The notes: generated from the letters alone by a model not told the origin. A stretch of DNA of 64,000 nt from Verrucomicrobiota bacterium (GCA_039818205.1 JBCBUK010000002.1:1-64000); one strand, 5' to 3'; shown: positions 18,591 to 28,471, numbered from the stretch's first letter. A program made the numbers and translations.

Positions 18591-20099
18591 TTACCGGCGA
18601 CCGTCCATGTCGAGCAAGGTATCCTCAAGCTCTTTTTGGTTGGCGACAGCGGTTTTGGGCGGCCATTGCTGGAAGCTTGCAATATGGTCTTTGACGATGG
18701 CTTGGGCCGGACCAAACGCCCACATTTTTTTGCCCATCCAGTTTACGTACATGCCCGATTCATCAGCCGCACGCTCGAAAGGGTCGCGGCGAAGGTTGAA
18801 GAGCAACGGAGCATTGAGCTCTTCCTTGGCTCCGCCCCAGCCATGAGGCTGCACGATAAAGTGCGCCTTCCAGTCTCCATAGCGAACGGCCTGTAGCTGG
18901 TCGCGCTCGTAGTAGATGATTTCATTGCGCCGGGAATCACCTTTGCCGGTTAGGAGATCAAGTTGGTTGTAGCCATCAAGGTGCGCTTTATGACCGTCGT
19001 AGCCCGTCAGCAATTGTTCCTTCAAATCGGCGGGACCACCGGCCGCGGCAACGAGAGTGGGTAGCCAATCTTTGCCGTCGAACAGGCCATTGTTGATGAC
19101 GCCGGATTCAATTTTTCCGGGCCAGGAAATCAGCATAGGTGCGCGCACTCCGCCTTCCCAGGTGGTGCCCTTTTCACCGCGAAAGGGAGTCATGCCGCCA
19201 TCGGGCCAAGTCATGATTTCAGGACCGTTATCGGCAGTAAAGACGACGATCGTATTGTCGGCAATACCGAGCTTTTTAAGTTCCTCAAGGATTTCGCCGA
19301 CATGGTCGTCCAGATCTTTCATGACGACTTCCTGCAGGCCCCAACCGTTCTTACCCAGCATGGCTTTGTATTTATCTGAGAGATGTGTCCACACGTGGGC
19401 CCGGGAGGGGCAATACCAAACGAAGAATGGCTTATCTTCCTTCACGGCGCGCTCCATGAAGGAGATGGTGTGCGCGTTGACTTCGTCATCCAGCGTTTTC
19501 ATGCGCTCTGTGGGCAGGGGGCCATCGTCTTCGATTTTCTGTTTGCCGTCGGGTAGTGCCCAAGCGTGGATGACATTGCGTGGCGCAAATTTTTCCATGG
19601 CTTCAGTAGCAGGCCAATCGGGGTCTTGCTCATATTCCATGGCGTTGAGGTGGTAGAGCCAGCCCCAGAATTCATCAAACCCATGCTTGGTCGGTAAGAA
19701 CTCGTCCAGGTCGCCCAAATGGTTTTTACCAAATTGCCCGGTGACATAGCCCTCCTTTTTCAAGAGCTCGGGCAGGGTAGGGGTATCTGGCGTCAACCCT
19801 TTGGGGTCGCCAGGAAGACCTACAGTATGCATGCCGGTACGAACGGGATACTGGCCAGTAATGAATGCCGAGCGTCCAGCGGTACAGGAGGGCTCCGCAT
19901 AATAATCGGTAAAGAGCATCCCATTCTCCGCAATGCTATCGATGTTTGGCGTATGGGTACTCATCATGCCGCGGGCATAAGCGTTAACGTTCCACACGCC
20001 TACGTCGTCGGTGAAGATGACGAGGATGTTGGGCTTATCTTGAGTGGCAGACGCAGTGAGCGAGAGGAGCAGCGATAGGAACGTTAGGCAACGTATCAT
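18591..20099 (-). CDS. Secreted arylsulfatase (formylglycine-dependent, S1)
   Basis: Signal peptide from ATG 20099; KPNILVIFTDD, CTAGRSAFITG, GKNHLG, ADNG, GEKGTTWEGG. Confidence 0.93.
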   Translation of the reverse strand: MIRCLTFLSLLLSLTASATQDKPNILVIFTDDVGVWNVNAYARGMMSTHTPNIDSIAENGMLFTDYYAEPSCTAGRSAFITGQYPVRTGMHTVGLPGDPKGLTPDTPTLPELLKKEGYVTGQFGKNHLGDLDEFLPTKHGFDEFWGWLYHLNAMEYEQDPDWPATEAMEKFAPRNVIHAWALPDGKQKIEDDGPLPTERMKTLDDEVNAHTISFMERAVKEDKPFFVWYCPSRAHVWTHLSDKYKAMLGKNGWGLQEVVMKDLDDHVGEILEELKKLGIADNTIVVFTADNGPEIMTWPDGGMTPFRGEKGTTWEGGVRAPMLISWPGKIESGVINNGLFDGKDWLPTLVAAAGGPADLKEQLLTGYDGHKAHLDGYNQLDLLTGKGDSRRNEIIYYERDQLQAVRYGDWKAHFIVQPHGWGGAKEELNAPLLFNLRRDPFERAADESGMYVNWMGKKMWAFGPAQAIVKDHIASFQQWPPKTAVANQKELEDTLLDMDGRR

Positions 20100-20500
20100 G
20101 ATTGAGTCTTGGTTGGTTGGGTAGGTTCGTTGTCTGAGGCTAAGAGAATTAGTGCGGTTACGCCAAACAGGACTTCCAGTGCGGCATAGAGGATCAGGAG
20201 CCAATTCGGCATTCCATCGGCGACAAAGCTGAGAATGCGGCCAGCCGCAAGGCCCAGCATAAATACTGCGCAAGTTACCAGAGCTGGTCTGGCAAGTGTT
20301 GGGTTGAAGGCACCCCAAACCCAAATGACGATCATGCCGAAATAGAGGCCCATGATGGCGCGAAATATGTGGGTAAGGTTTGTTGTGTCGACCGTGATGC
20401 CAAATAGCGAATTAAGGCTCACAGAGGGGTTTGCGCCGTAGCTCAGCGCAATGGGTATCAAACCAATAGAACACAGTAGGAGGAAAATCCGGGTCTTCAT
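20096..20500 (-). CDS. DUF4345-like four-TM membrane protein
   Basis: IALSYG, HIFRAIMGLY, GLAAGRILSFVADG; ATGA overlap with the sulfatase. Confidence 0.75.
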   Translation of the reverse strand: MKTRIFLLLCSIGLIPIALSYGANPSVSLNSLFGITVDTTNLTHIFRAIMGLYFGMIVIWVWGAFNPTLARPALVTCAVFMLGLAAGRILSFVADGMPNWLLILYAALEVLFGVTALILLASDNEPTQPTKTQS

Positions 20501-20736
20501 TGCTTACCGTCTACAAGTCAATGGGGCATGCCCAATGGTTGGGGCATCATCGATGTTTTTATGATGGGGTGAATTGTTGGTCTTAGTCAATATTTGTTAA
20601 ATAAAGTGATTGTTTTTTGGACGTAATTAGAAGAATTGATTGGAGCTCAATTTGTTGGCGATCCGTTTTGGGCCGGACTGATTATCACCTTCCTTAACGG
20701 TCGCTTCTGATCGTCGGATTCATCGCAATTTTAATA

Positions 20737-21324
20737 ATGAAACAGTACCTCTTTTTTCTGTTTGTTCTGTTCGCGCTTGGCCAAACAAGCGCAACTGATA
20801 AAGCCGCGCTGCCCTCCGATTGCTCGGCGGCCGACTTCCTTCCCAAGGCAGGACTCGTTTTAGTCTACGAGTTCTATGACAACGGATCTCCTGCTGGAGA
20901 AGAGAAGCGAACCATTTCCACGAAGAACGGTACAACGATCTCCCTGACGCCCTTTGACTATGGGCAGGAGTTCATTAAGAAGGATGGCAAAATCTACATG
21001 AGATTTTTCGATGGAGACACGGAAAAGCCATTCGAGTTATATTTTGAAGCCGACTTAAATGTCGGAGCCAAATGGAACAACAAGGATGGTGTTACATCCG
21101 AAGTCGTTTCCGAGGGGGAAGCGCTTATTTTTGATCGAGAAAGAAAGTACATCGACCTTAAGGTTACCTTCCCGCCGCGCTCAATGTTTCCCGATCAGGA
21201 CGAGACGATGATTTTATTCGAGAGATATGCGGCTGGCCTGGGAGTTGTTGAAGCCAAGGACGATCAGGGAGTTCCCGATCAACGGCTGGTGAAGGTGATA
21301 AGTCAGTCGCGTAAGAGTAATTGA
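20737..21324 (+). CDS. Secreted hypothetical protein (beta-rich)
   Basis: Signal peptide; LNVGAKW and YAAGLGVV motifs common in secreted beta-sheet proteins. Confidence 0.65.
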   Translation: MKQYLFFLFVLFALGQTSATDKAALPSDCSAADFLPKAGLVLVYEFYDNGSPAGEEKRTISTKNGTTISLTPFDYGQEFIKKDGKIYMRFFDGDTEKPFELYFEADLNVGAKWNNKDGVTSEVVSEGEALIFDRERKYIDLKVTFPPRSMFPDQDETMILFERYAAGLGVVEAKDDQGVPDQRLVKVISQSRKSN

Positions 21325-21428
21325 TCTTCGGATATCGCAAAAGCCCCACATCCGCTCAAGTGACGAAGGGTGGGACTCAAGCGATCTCCTCAAGGTGGGT
21401 GGACCGAAGTGCTGAGTGATTACGATTC

Positions 21429-22382
21429 CTATTGAATCTTTTCGCGAAGGAACGACCGCATTTTGCTAGTGATAAACGGAGCTTCTTCTTCTAGTGCGAA
21501 GTGTCCGGTATCGAGCAGGTTGAAGTCGATTTCCTCGACGTCGCGTTGGTAGGCTTCCGCCCCGCTTGCGGGGAAGAAGGCGTCGTTCTCGCCCCAGACG
21601 ATGAGCATCGGTGGTTGGGTCTGCCGGAGAAATTCCTGCCACGCAGGATACTGCTTCAGGTTATTTTGGTAATCGTAGAAAAGATCGAGCTGAACCCGAT
21701 GTTGGCCGGGCCGTTCAAACTTCATGAAGTCGAGATTCCAGTTGTCGGGAAGAATGTTCTCTGGGTTCCGTGTGCCATGGGTGTATTGCCACTTGAGCCC
21801 TTCGAGACTGAAAACTTGCTGGGCGATCTGCGCCTCAAGTTCCGGAGTTTTTGTTTTCCAGTAATCGAAAATAGCTCCCCATCCATCTAGTGAAAGACCC
21901 TCCTCGTAGGCATTGCCATTCATGACGATGAAGCCTTTCACCTTCTCCGGGTGTTTGAGGGCGATCCGATAGCCAATCGGGGCACCATAGTCTTGGATCA
22001 TTAGCACGTAGTCACTTACTCCTCGCTGGATCAGAAACTCATCGATCGTGTTCGCTAAGTTATCGAAGGTGTAGGTGTATTCTTCGGGGCTCGGAAAGCT
22101 GCTGTCTCCGAAGCCAGGGTAGTCGGGAGCAATCAGGTAGAACTCATCGCCCAAGGTCGCTAGCACCTCTCGATACATATGCGACGAAGTCGGGAAGCCG
22201 TGGAGCAAGACAACGGCTTGTTTTGAGGGATCGCCCGCGTCACGGTAGAAGATGTCGAGTCCCTGGACGTTCTCAGTTCCGTAGCGGACTTGGCTTAGGG
22301 CGTTTGCGGCCAAGGCACTTCCAGCAACGGCAAGGCTAGCGGCAATCGTTTTGATAATCATGGATTCTGTTTTCATTTTCAA
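21429..22382 (-). CDS. Alpha/beta hydrolase (epoxide hydrolase/dehalogenase-like) with signal peptide
   Basis: LLHGFPTSS, Asp-nucleophile elbow QDYGAP, WGEND, TGHFALEE. Confidence 0.92.
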   Translation of the reverse strand: MKMKTESMIIKTIAASLAVAGSALAANALSQVRYGTENVQGLDIFYRDAGDPSKQAVVLLHGFPTSSHMYREVLATLGDEFYLIAPDYPGFGDSSFPSPEEYTYTFDNLANTIDEFLIQRGVSDYVLMIQDYGAPIGYRIALKHPEKVKGFIVMNGNAYEEGLSLDGWGAIFDYWKTKTPELEAQIAQQVFSLEGLKWQYTHGTRNPENILPDNWNLDFMKFERPGQHRVQLDLFYDYQNNLKQYPAWQEFLRQTQPPMLIVWGENDAFFPASGAEAYQRDVEEIDFNLLDTGHFALEEEAPFITSKMRSFLREKIQ

Positions 22383-22408
22383 TGGACTAGTTGTTGGTTA
22401 ATGCTCAA

Positions 22409-22422
22409 ACCGACCGGTCGGT
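22409..22422. promoter_or_regulatory. Palindromic TetR operator upstream of the hydrolase
   Basis: Perfect 14-bp palindrome ACCGACCGGTCGGT; the same core recurs at 23048-23061. Confidence 0.8.
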
Positions 22423-22456
22423 CTGCGTGTGTGCAAAAAAAAAGATGAGTTGCCCG

Positions 22457-23029
22457 TTAGAGCACTCTGGAAAGCTGCGCTTTCGCCGCATCGAGCGGCC
22501 AGCGGTCGCGGAAGTTCTGCATCTCGACCAGAGTCCCCTCGAAAAGAAGGAATAGCGAAGCGGCGAGGTTGCGTTGTTCGCCTTCAGAAAGCTCTGGCTT
22601 GTGCTCAGCCAATAGTTGGTGGAATCGCTCCAGCACGGTCTGTTTGTGGTTGGCGATTTCGATTCGCAAGGGATTGTCCGGATCGGGCGTTTCGGCGAGC
22701 GTGTTGAGGAAGGCGCACCCGCGAAAGTCGCACGATTCCATCCATTCACTAAGGAAATCAAAGATCGCGATGATTTTCTCCTGCGCATTCTCCTTGCCGT
22801 TCAGCAGTTTCCGAAGCGATATCTCCCAATCGGCGTTGCGCGCCTTTAGCCAGGCAACGCCGAGTTCTTCTTTGGATTTGAAATGGGAGTAGAAAGTGCC
22901 TTTTGCGGTGCCAGCGGCGTCGATTATCTGTTTCACGCCAGTGCTGTGATATCCCTGCTCGTAAAAAAGCTTGGAGGCGACCTCGAGGATTTCGTCACGC
23001 TTGTTGGAACTGGCGGATGTCGTAATCAT
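22457..23029 (-). CDS. TetR/AcrR family regulator (LmrA/NemR/ComR-like)
   Basis: HTH ILEVASKLFYEQGYHSTGVKQII..KGTFYSHFKSKEEL; RGCAFLN. Confidence 0.93.
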   Translation of the reverse strand: MITTSASSNKRDEILEVASKLFYEQGYHSTGVKQIIDAAGTAKGTFYSHFKSKEELGVAWLKARNADWEISLRKLLNGKENAQEKIIAIFDFLSEWMESCDFRGCAFLNTLAETPDPDNPLRIEIANHKQTVLERFHQLLAEHKPELSEGEQRNLAASLFLLFEGTLVEMQNFRDRWPLDAAKAQLSRVL

Positions 23030-23046
23030 GGCTCAAAACAAACACA

Positions 23047-23062
23047 GACCGACCGGTCGGTC
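23047..23062. promoter_or_regulatory. Palindromic TetR autoregulatory operator overlapping a TTGACC -35
   Basis: 16-bp palindrome GACCGACCGGTCGGTC; the minus strand reads TTGACCGACCGGTCGGTC just upstream of tetR. Confidence 0.8.
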
Positions 23063-23665
23063 AAGTGCTTTATTCAAAAGTTTGTTGAACGCACGAAATT
23101 GATTTTCTCGCGCCGACTTGTGATCTCTGGAGGTGGTCTGATCTCTTGGATTTCCATTGGACATGCAAACGGGCTTCGCCTGGGCGTTGCTGACTAAAGG
23201 TCGTAAGGGATTGATCCCTCTATATACAAGTTTCGTCACCTATATGGATTTTTAACTTGAAAAAGGATCAATCCTGGCTTGTTTTCCGTGGCTGTTATCC
23301 GGAGCCGTTAAACGCGAAAATCTACCCTCAAAATTTTTGACGTTTCTCGGCACTTTAGATGACTTCCACCGCCCTCGGGTGGTGTCCCCCTAGTTATATT
23401 CATCTCCATCTCCCTAATCTTATCTCCCTGTCTGTGCCCGCTCTGATGGCGAGCACCTGCTTGTGTTCAATTCATCCTGTACCCTTTTCACCGCAACGGA
23501 TACTAACTTGTCTGGCTTGAGCGAATAATTCGCTGGCTGTCGGCTGGGTTCAGTCCTCGGTTTGCGGATTCGCAAAGGTGTGCTGGGTCTTTCGACCACG
23601 CTGCTACTGAAAGACGATGATTGGTTGGGGAATGCACTAACCCATAGTCAAACCAAGTAAAAGTC

Positions 23666-25072
23666 ATGAAGAAATACCTCGTCGCAGCGCTTGCCTCAGC
23701 GCTCCTTACCTGTGCTGTTCAAGCACAGACTGCAACCCCCCCGAATAACAACCCGCCGACTATCAACTTTAACAAATCGAAGGATTTGTTCATCGCCCAG
23801 TTCGATAGTAAGCCAGACCCGGATGATATCCATGCCATTGCTGGATTGGGTAGCATGCTGGCGCATCCAGATCTCCACAACGTAGACTACTACGCTGTTC
23901 AGGGCTCGGTTGGTAAACAGGGCGGACAGTTCATTCCTGCCCCTGCACTCATGAACCTCGCCTTTGGTCAGCAAAATGTTCGCTGGACCCAGGCAGGCGT
24001 TGGTAAGAACAACACGGTGCCCGATACGGCCAACTGGAACGCCTCCGTTGATCGGGTGCGTATTAAGGCCAAGGCTGCCTTGGACCGCGGTGGAAACGTC
24101 TATGTAATGGACGCGGGCAACGAGGATTTTACCCACGATTGGGTGCAAGAGCTCGTCAACCAAACCGCCTACACCACCAACGACACCAAGGCCCGGATCA
24201 TCGTGGTCCAGCACAGTAACTGGAACGAGGAGCAGACCTCATCGGCCGCCGTGCTGAACTGGGTGCGGAACAACACGGACTACCGCCGTATTGCTGACGG
24301 AAATGGTGCCAACGCGACACCCGATTATCAACAGAACATTCCGCAGGGCTCGTTCAACAACAGCTTCATCACATCGGCTAAAGCAGCAAACAACCCCAAT
24401 AGCCACGCTCGTGCTTTATGGGTTGAGGCTGATGCCGTCCTACAAGCCCACGGTCACTTCCCGAGCTACTCTTCAATCTCGCGTGGTGGAGTTGATTTCT
24501 CCGATTGTGTTGAGGCTTGGTACATCTTCAACGTAGGCAACAATGCCAACGGAATCCAACCCTTCTGGAATCGCTATGTGCGAAACACGAACAGTGCGAA
24601 TGGCCCGGTGCCAGGTCCTGCTGGCGGTAGCGGTAGTGGTGCGCCCATTGGGCAAACCGTCGCACTGAAGTCGGTTGGCAATGGTAAGTATGTTGCTGCC
24701 GACCGTGGTTTGGACGCCATCAATTGGCCGTTGGCGGCAAATCGTACCGCCGTAGGTGCGTGGGAGAAATTCCAGGTAGTTGATGCCGGTGGCGGCTTGA
24801 TCGCACTCAAGGCCAATGGCAATGGTAAGTTTGTTGCGTCGGACCAATTCCTTAGCTCGATCAACTGGCCAATGGCAGCCAATCGCACCGCCGTGGGCGC
24901 TTGGGAGAAGTTCACCTGGGTCGAGAATAGCGATGGGACCATCTCGCTGAAGGCGAATGGTAACGGAAAGTTCATCGCGGCTGATCGCGGTTTGGACGTT
25001 ATCAACTGGCCGCTGGCGGCCAATCGCACGGCGATTGGAGCGTGGGAGAAATTTACGTTCGAGATCCAGTAG
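23666..25072 (+). CDS. Secreted protein: DxDxDD (nucleoside-hydrolase-like) domain plus fascin-like beta-trefoil (CBM92-like)
   Basis: Signal peptide; [12 protein letters not shown]; three 47-aa repeats each ending in GAWEKF. Confidence 0.8.
   Translation: MKKYLVAALASALLTCAVQAQTATPPNNNPPTINFNKSKDLFIAQFDSKPDPDDIHAIAGLGSMLAHPDLHNVDYYAVQGSVGKQGGQFIPAPALMNLAFGQQNVRWTQAGVGKNNTVPDTANWNASVDRVRIKAKAALDRGGNVYVMDAGNEDFTHDWVQELVNQTAYTTNDTKARIIVVQHSNWNEEQTSSAAVLNWVRNNTDYRRIADGNGANATPDYQQNIPQGSFNNSFITSAKAANNPNSHARALWVEADAVLQAHGHFPSYSSISRGGVDFSDCVEAWYIFNVGNNANGIQPFWNRYVRNTNSANGPVPGPAGGSGSGAPIGQTVALKSVGNGKYVAADRGLDAINWPLAANRTAVGAWEKFQVVDAGGGLIALKANGNGKFVASDQFLSSINWPMAANRTAVGAWEKFTWVENSDGTISLKANGNGKFIAADRGLDVINWPLAANRTAIGAWEKFTFEIQ
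24645..25069 (+). repeat. Three 141-bp intragenic repeats forming a beta-trefoil
   Basis: WEKF codons begin at 24761, 24902 and 25043 (exact 141-nt period). Confidence 0.9.
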
Positions 25073-25098
25073 TTTAGGGAATCCGATTTACCTATCTG

Positions 25099-25133
25099 GG
25101 AGGCGGGTCGAATGGCCCGCCTCCTTTTTGTTT
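25099..25133 (+). terminator. Intrinsic terminator
   Basis: GGAGGCGGGTC-GAAT-GGCCCGCCTCC followed by TTTTTGTTT. Confidence 0.85.
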
Positions 25134-25375
25134 GGGCGGCCTCACTGGGGCTTGGAGTTTTTATGGGGGTAGGAGATTGGGCTGAACATGTCTCTTGGCT
25201 TTTTCTTTTAAATAGTTCAAGGTGAGTGGCTTAGGAGCCGTTTGATCCTTGTTTCAAGTGCGTTCTGGTGGCTGGGATAGGTGTCCCAAAGGGCCCTGGA
25301 CAGCACTAAAGGAATCCAATGAACTTCCGATAGAAGGACCAACGTCACGGGTTTCCCGTCGAGGAGTTATGAGGC

Positions 25376-26533
25376 ATGAACAGAAATTTGTTACAGAACA
25401 GGGTATTGTGGGCGATCGCGGCGGGGATGTTGGCCGCGGTCGCTTATTTGGCGTTTCCGACTGCCTTGCGCGAGTTGCTCTATCACCGGACAGAGAAAGC
25501 TCTGGCCGAGGCGACTCCTCAGGAAGCGCGGATTTCGGCCGGATTTCTGTTTGATCGCTATCCAGAAGAAATCGAGGCGGCTCGTTTGTATCTACGGGCA
25601 TCTCGGCGGGCGGATTCATTGCCGTCTGAAGAGGATCGTAGTCAGATTATCCAACGCTTTGGGCAGGAGGACCCCAATGTCATCACTTGGATTGCATTGG
25701 CTGAGTTCCAGAATGGGCTTCTGGCAAACGCTTTGGGCACCTTGAGCGCCTCAGAGGATGCGCTCAACACGCTAGAGGGTCTGCGATTGGCGACGGTTAT
25801 TGCGGAAACCCAGCAGAACCGTGATGACGCTGTTCGGTATGCTTCCCGATTGTTGGATCGACCCGATCTCGATCTGGGAGATCAGTTGCTTGCTGGTCAA
25901 GTTTTGGTTGCGAGCAGCGTTCCTGGCGAGCGTCAACGAGCAGTTTCGGCTTTGATGGATCTAAATGGGACACCATGCGGTTTCGCAGCAAACCTCGAGC
26001 TGGCTCAACGTGCGATAAATTCCGAAGAGCTTGAGTTTGCAATCGAGGGTTTGGTTCAAAGTGAGCCGCAATCCAGCCTCCAGCATTTTCAACGATTGGA
26101 TCTTTTGGCCAGTATTGACCACGCTGATTTAGCCGAGTGTCTGGCTATTGCTCAGCGTGAATTAGTCCGGGTGGACGACGTTGCGCGCCTGGTTGGTTGG
26201 ATGAACGCTCAGGGTGAATCTCCGTCTGCCATTGAATGGGCTTCTGAATTGCCGGTTCCCATCTTGCAGCAGTCGGTTGTTCGCATGGCGATTGCGGAAT
26301 CGTATCTTTACCAGGGTGATCGCCGTGGGCTCTTCCGTCACCTTAATCAAGGAGTGTGGCCTAGAGATGAGTCGATTCGTTTAGCGCTTATTTCGCTTTG
26401 CCTTGATGACGAGGACTACCAGCAAGAGTTTTGGAATCGCGCGGTGTCAGCCGCAGCGACTGAGAGCAATACTCCGCGGCTTTTAGAGGTCCTCGAAACC
26501 TGGGGTATCGATCACCCACCGATTGAATCATGA
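25376..26533 (+). CDS. Membrane-anchored TPR-like alpha-helical protein
   Basis: N-terminal TM segment, Ala/Leu-rich helical repeats; ATGA overlap with the PEP-CTERM gene. Confidence 0.65.
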   Translation: MNRNLLQNRVLWAIAAGMLAAVAYLAFPTALRELLYHRTEKALAEATPQEARISAGFLFDRYPEEIEAARLYLRASRRADSLPSEEDRSQIIQRFGQEDPNVITWIALAEFQNGLLANALGTLSASEDALNTLEGLRLATVIAETQQNRDDAVRYASRLLDRPDLDLGDQLLAGQVLVASSVPGERQRAVSALMDLNGTPCGFAANLELAQRAINSEELEFAIEGLVQSEPQSSLQHFQRLDLLASIDHADLAECLAIAQRELVRVDDVARLVGWMNAQGESPSAIEWASELPVPILQQSVVRMAIAESYLYQGDRRGLFRHLNQGVWPRDESIRLALISLCLDDEDYQQEFWNRAVSAAATESNTPRLLEVLETWGIDHPPIES

Positions 26534-27456
26534 TTACCCGATTCAGATTCGTTTGGTGGCTCCGTGTTGTGGTCGCCAGCTTCCTGGTCGCATCGATTGC
26601 TGATGCGGCGATCATCAGCTATTGGCGTTTTGAACAGGATGATGACCCGTCGGCGAATGGGTTGGAGAACCCAAACGAAATTGCTGGTGAGCCCGCCTTT
26701 ATTTCGTCCTCCGCCAAGATCGATGCTACCGCGAATCCTGGATCCTTGCCCAATGACATCGTCCCCGGCACGGGCTTAGCGAACACTGCGAGCCTTGATG
26801 GCTCGCCGTTGGACATCAATGGATCGGCGGCATATTCTTCAACCCTGAACGTATCCAGTATGACCGTTGAGCTCTGGGCTCGAACCGAGGAGAGCACCGC
26901 GGTGGTGATTGCCCGAAGCACGACGTCAGGCAACAACATCGACAACAGCATTGCTGATGGTTTTCGGATGTATGATACCCAAGACTTGAAGGTCCAGTAT
27001 TATGTCGATACCGGTGGCGGCTCGCAGCTCGTTACCATCGATACGAATTTCCGCATGGATACGGACAATTCTGTCAATGGGTCGGCGGAGTGGCATCACC
27101 TGGCCTTTACCTATGACGAAGCGACTGGCCTCGGCCAAGTTTGGGCCAATGGATCAGTGATCGGTTCAAATGATGGTGCGGATAATCAGGCCATTTATTG
27201 GGGAGATATTTCGGGTGGTGATCAGCCACAGTTTTATGCTGGATGGCAGATGGACGGATTTGATTTTTCGAAGACCGCCACTGATAACGGATATATTGAC
27301 GAGATTCGCTTTTCAGATGCCGCTCTAGGTGAGGACGATTTTCTCAATGCGCCCGTTCCCGAGCCTGGAACCTATGCGGTTGGTGCTTTGCTAATGGTAG
27401 GGGCGTGGATATGTCATCGCAGACGACGCCTAGCAGTCGCGGAAGAATCCGAGTAG
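26530..27456 (+). CDS. LamG-like jellyroll protein with PEP-CTERM sorting signal
   Basis: ISYWRFE, MTVELW, WHHLAFTYD, GYIDEIRFSDAAL; C-terminus VPEPGT, TM segment, RRRR. Confidence 0.9.
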   Translation: MITRFRFVWWLRVVVASFLVASIADAAIISYWRFEQDDDPSANGLENPNEIAGEPAFISSSAKIDATANPGSLPNDIVPGTGLANTASLDGSPLDINGSAAYSSTLNVSSMTVELWARTEESTAVVIARSTTSGNNIDNSIADGFRMYDTQDLKVQYYVDTGGGSQLVTIDTNFRMDTDNSVNGSAEWHHLAFTYDEATGLGQVWANGSVIGSNDGADNQAIYWGDISGGDQPQFYAGWQMDGFDFSKTATDNGYIDEIRFSDAALGEDDFLNAPVPEPGTYAVGALLMVGAWICHRRRRLAVAEESE

Positions 27457-27509
27457 CGCACCAATGGCCTTTGGATTGTTTATTTAACTTTGCAATGCAG
27501 AGTTTTGTG

Positions 27510-28385
27510 CTAGCGATTGCGGTGCTGCTTCTTGAAATCTATGGGGGTTGATCCCATCTGTTTCTTAAACAGTCGGGAGAAGTAGTTGGGGTCGCGGTAA
27601 CCGCATGCCCAGGCAACCTCTGCAACTTGGAGGTAGCCGTTGAGAAGGAGTCGACTTGCTTTCGCGATACGCCTCTCGGTTAAATACTCGATCGCCGTCT
27701 TTCCGACTTCACGCGAGAAGCGGGCGGATAGGCTGTCGGCGTTGCAGTTGAGGCGTTGTGCGACTTGGTTTAATGTCAAATCAGTTGAACTGGCTTCCGC
27801 GAAAAGAAGATCCATGCACTGCGCCACGAGTGGCGAGTAGTGGCGGTCGCTTGCTGGTATCGGACGGTCGATTGATTCGAGCACCATACCCAGGTAGCCT
27901 CGCAGGAGGTGAGGGGCCGCTGGCGAATTGCGCAGCTTGCTGGCAGCGGCTTCACTCAGCAAGTCAGTTAGCTGTTGGCCATTCGAGATCTCACAGGTCG
28001 TTGTCGGAACCGCCCACGGCGCACGACCGGGCTCGCACTTCATCGCGAGTATTAAGAACCGGTTGGGGTCGTGGACAATAACCATGGCAGAGAAGTTATC
28101 TCCATCGCCGATTTCGCTGTGCGGAACACCCGCAGGCATAATACAGATTTCTCCTGGTTTGAGGGTGAATCGCTGTTGGCCGCAATGGAACTCGTTCGTT
28201 CCGGAGAACTGAAAAAATATTTCGGGAAGCTCATGGACTTGTGTGCCACGGGTTAGCCGAGCTCGATAGTCCTTCACTGGAACATGGCAGTGGGGGAGCT
28301 CACTGCCATGTGCGGTGGCCTCAACGACGCTGCGTGCTTCCCGCTCCATCGCCGCCGGATCGTCGTGACTGAGGGATTGAATCAT
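27510..28385 (-). CDS. AraC family transcriptional regulator (cupin plus HTH)
   Basis: HELPEIFFQ, PAGVPHSE, VAEVAWACGYRDPNYFSRLFKKQMGSTP. Confidence 0.93.
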   Translation of the reverse strand: MIQSLSHDDPAAMEREARSVVEATAHGSELPHCHVPVKDYRARLTRGTQVHELPEIFFQFSGTNEFHCGQQRFTLKPGEICIMPAGVPHSEIGDGDNFSAMVIVHDPNRFLILAMKCEPGRAPWAVPTTTCEISNGQQLTDLLSEAAASKLRNSPAAPHLLRGYLGMVLESIDRPIPASDRHYSPLVAQCMDLLFAEASSTDLTLNQVAQRLNCNADSLSARFSREVGKTAIEYLTERRIAKASRLLLNGYLQVAEVAWACGYRDPNYFSRLFKKQMGSTPIDFKKQHRNR

Positions 28386-28471
28386 GATGTAAGAATAATG
28401 CTACAAATGTAGAATTCTCCAGCTAAAAAATCTTGGTCGCCGGAAGTGATTTTGCGATTATAGACGGTTAT

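Noticed and set aside
20100..20324. N-terminal extension of the arylsulfatase in the ORF track
   Set aside because: It overlaps the DUF4345 gene; the signal peptide begins at ATG 20099.
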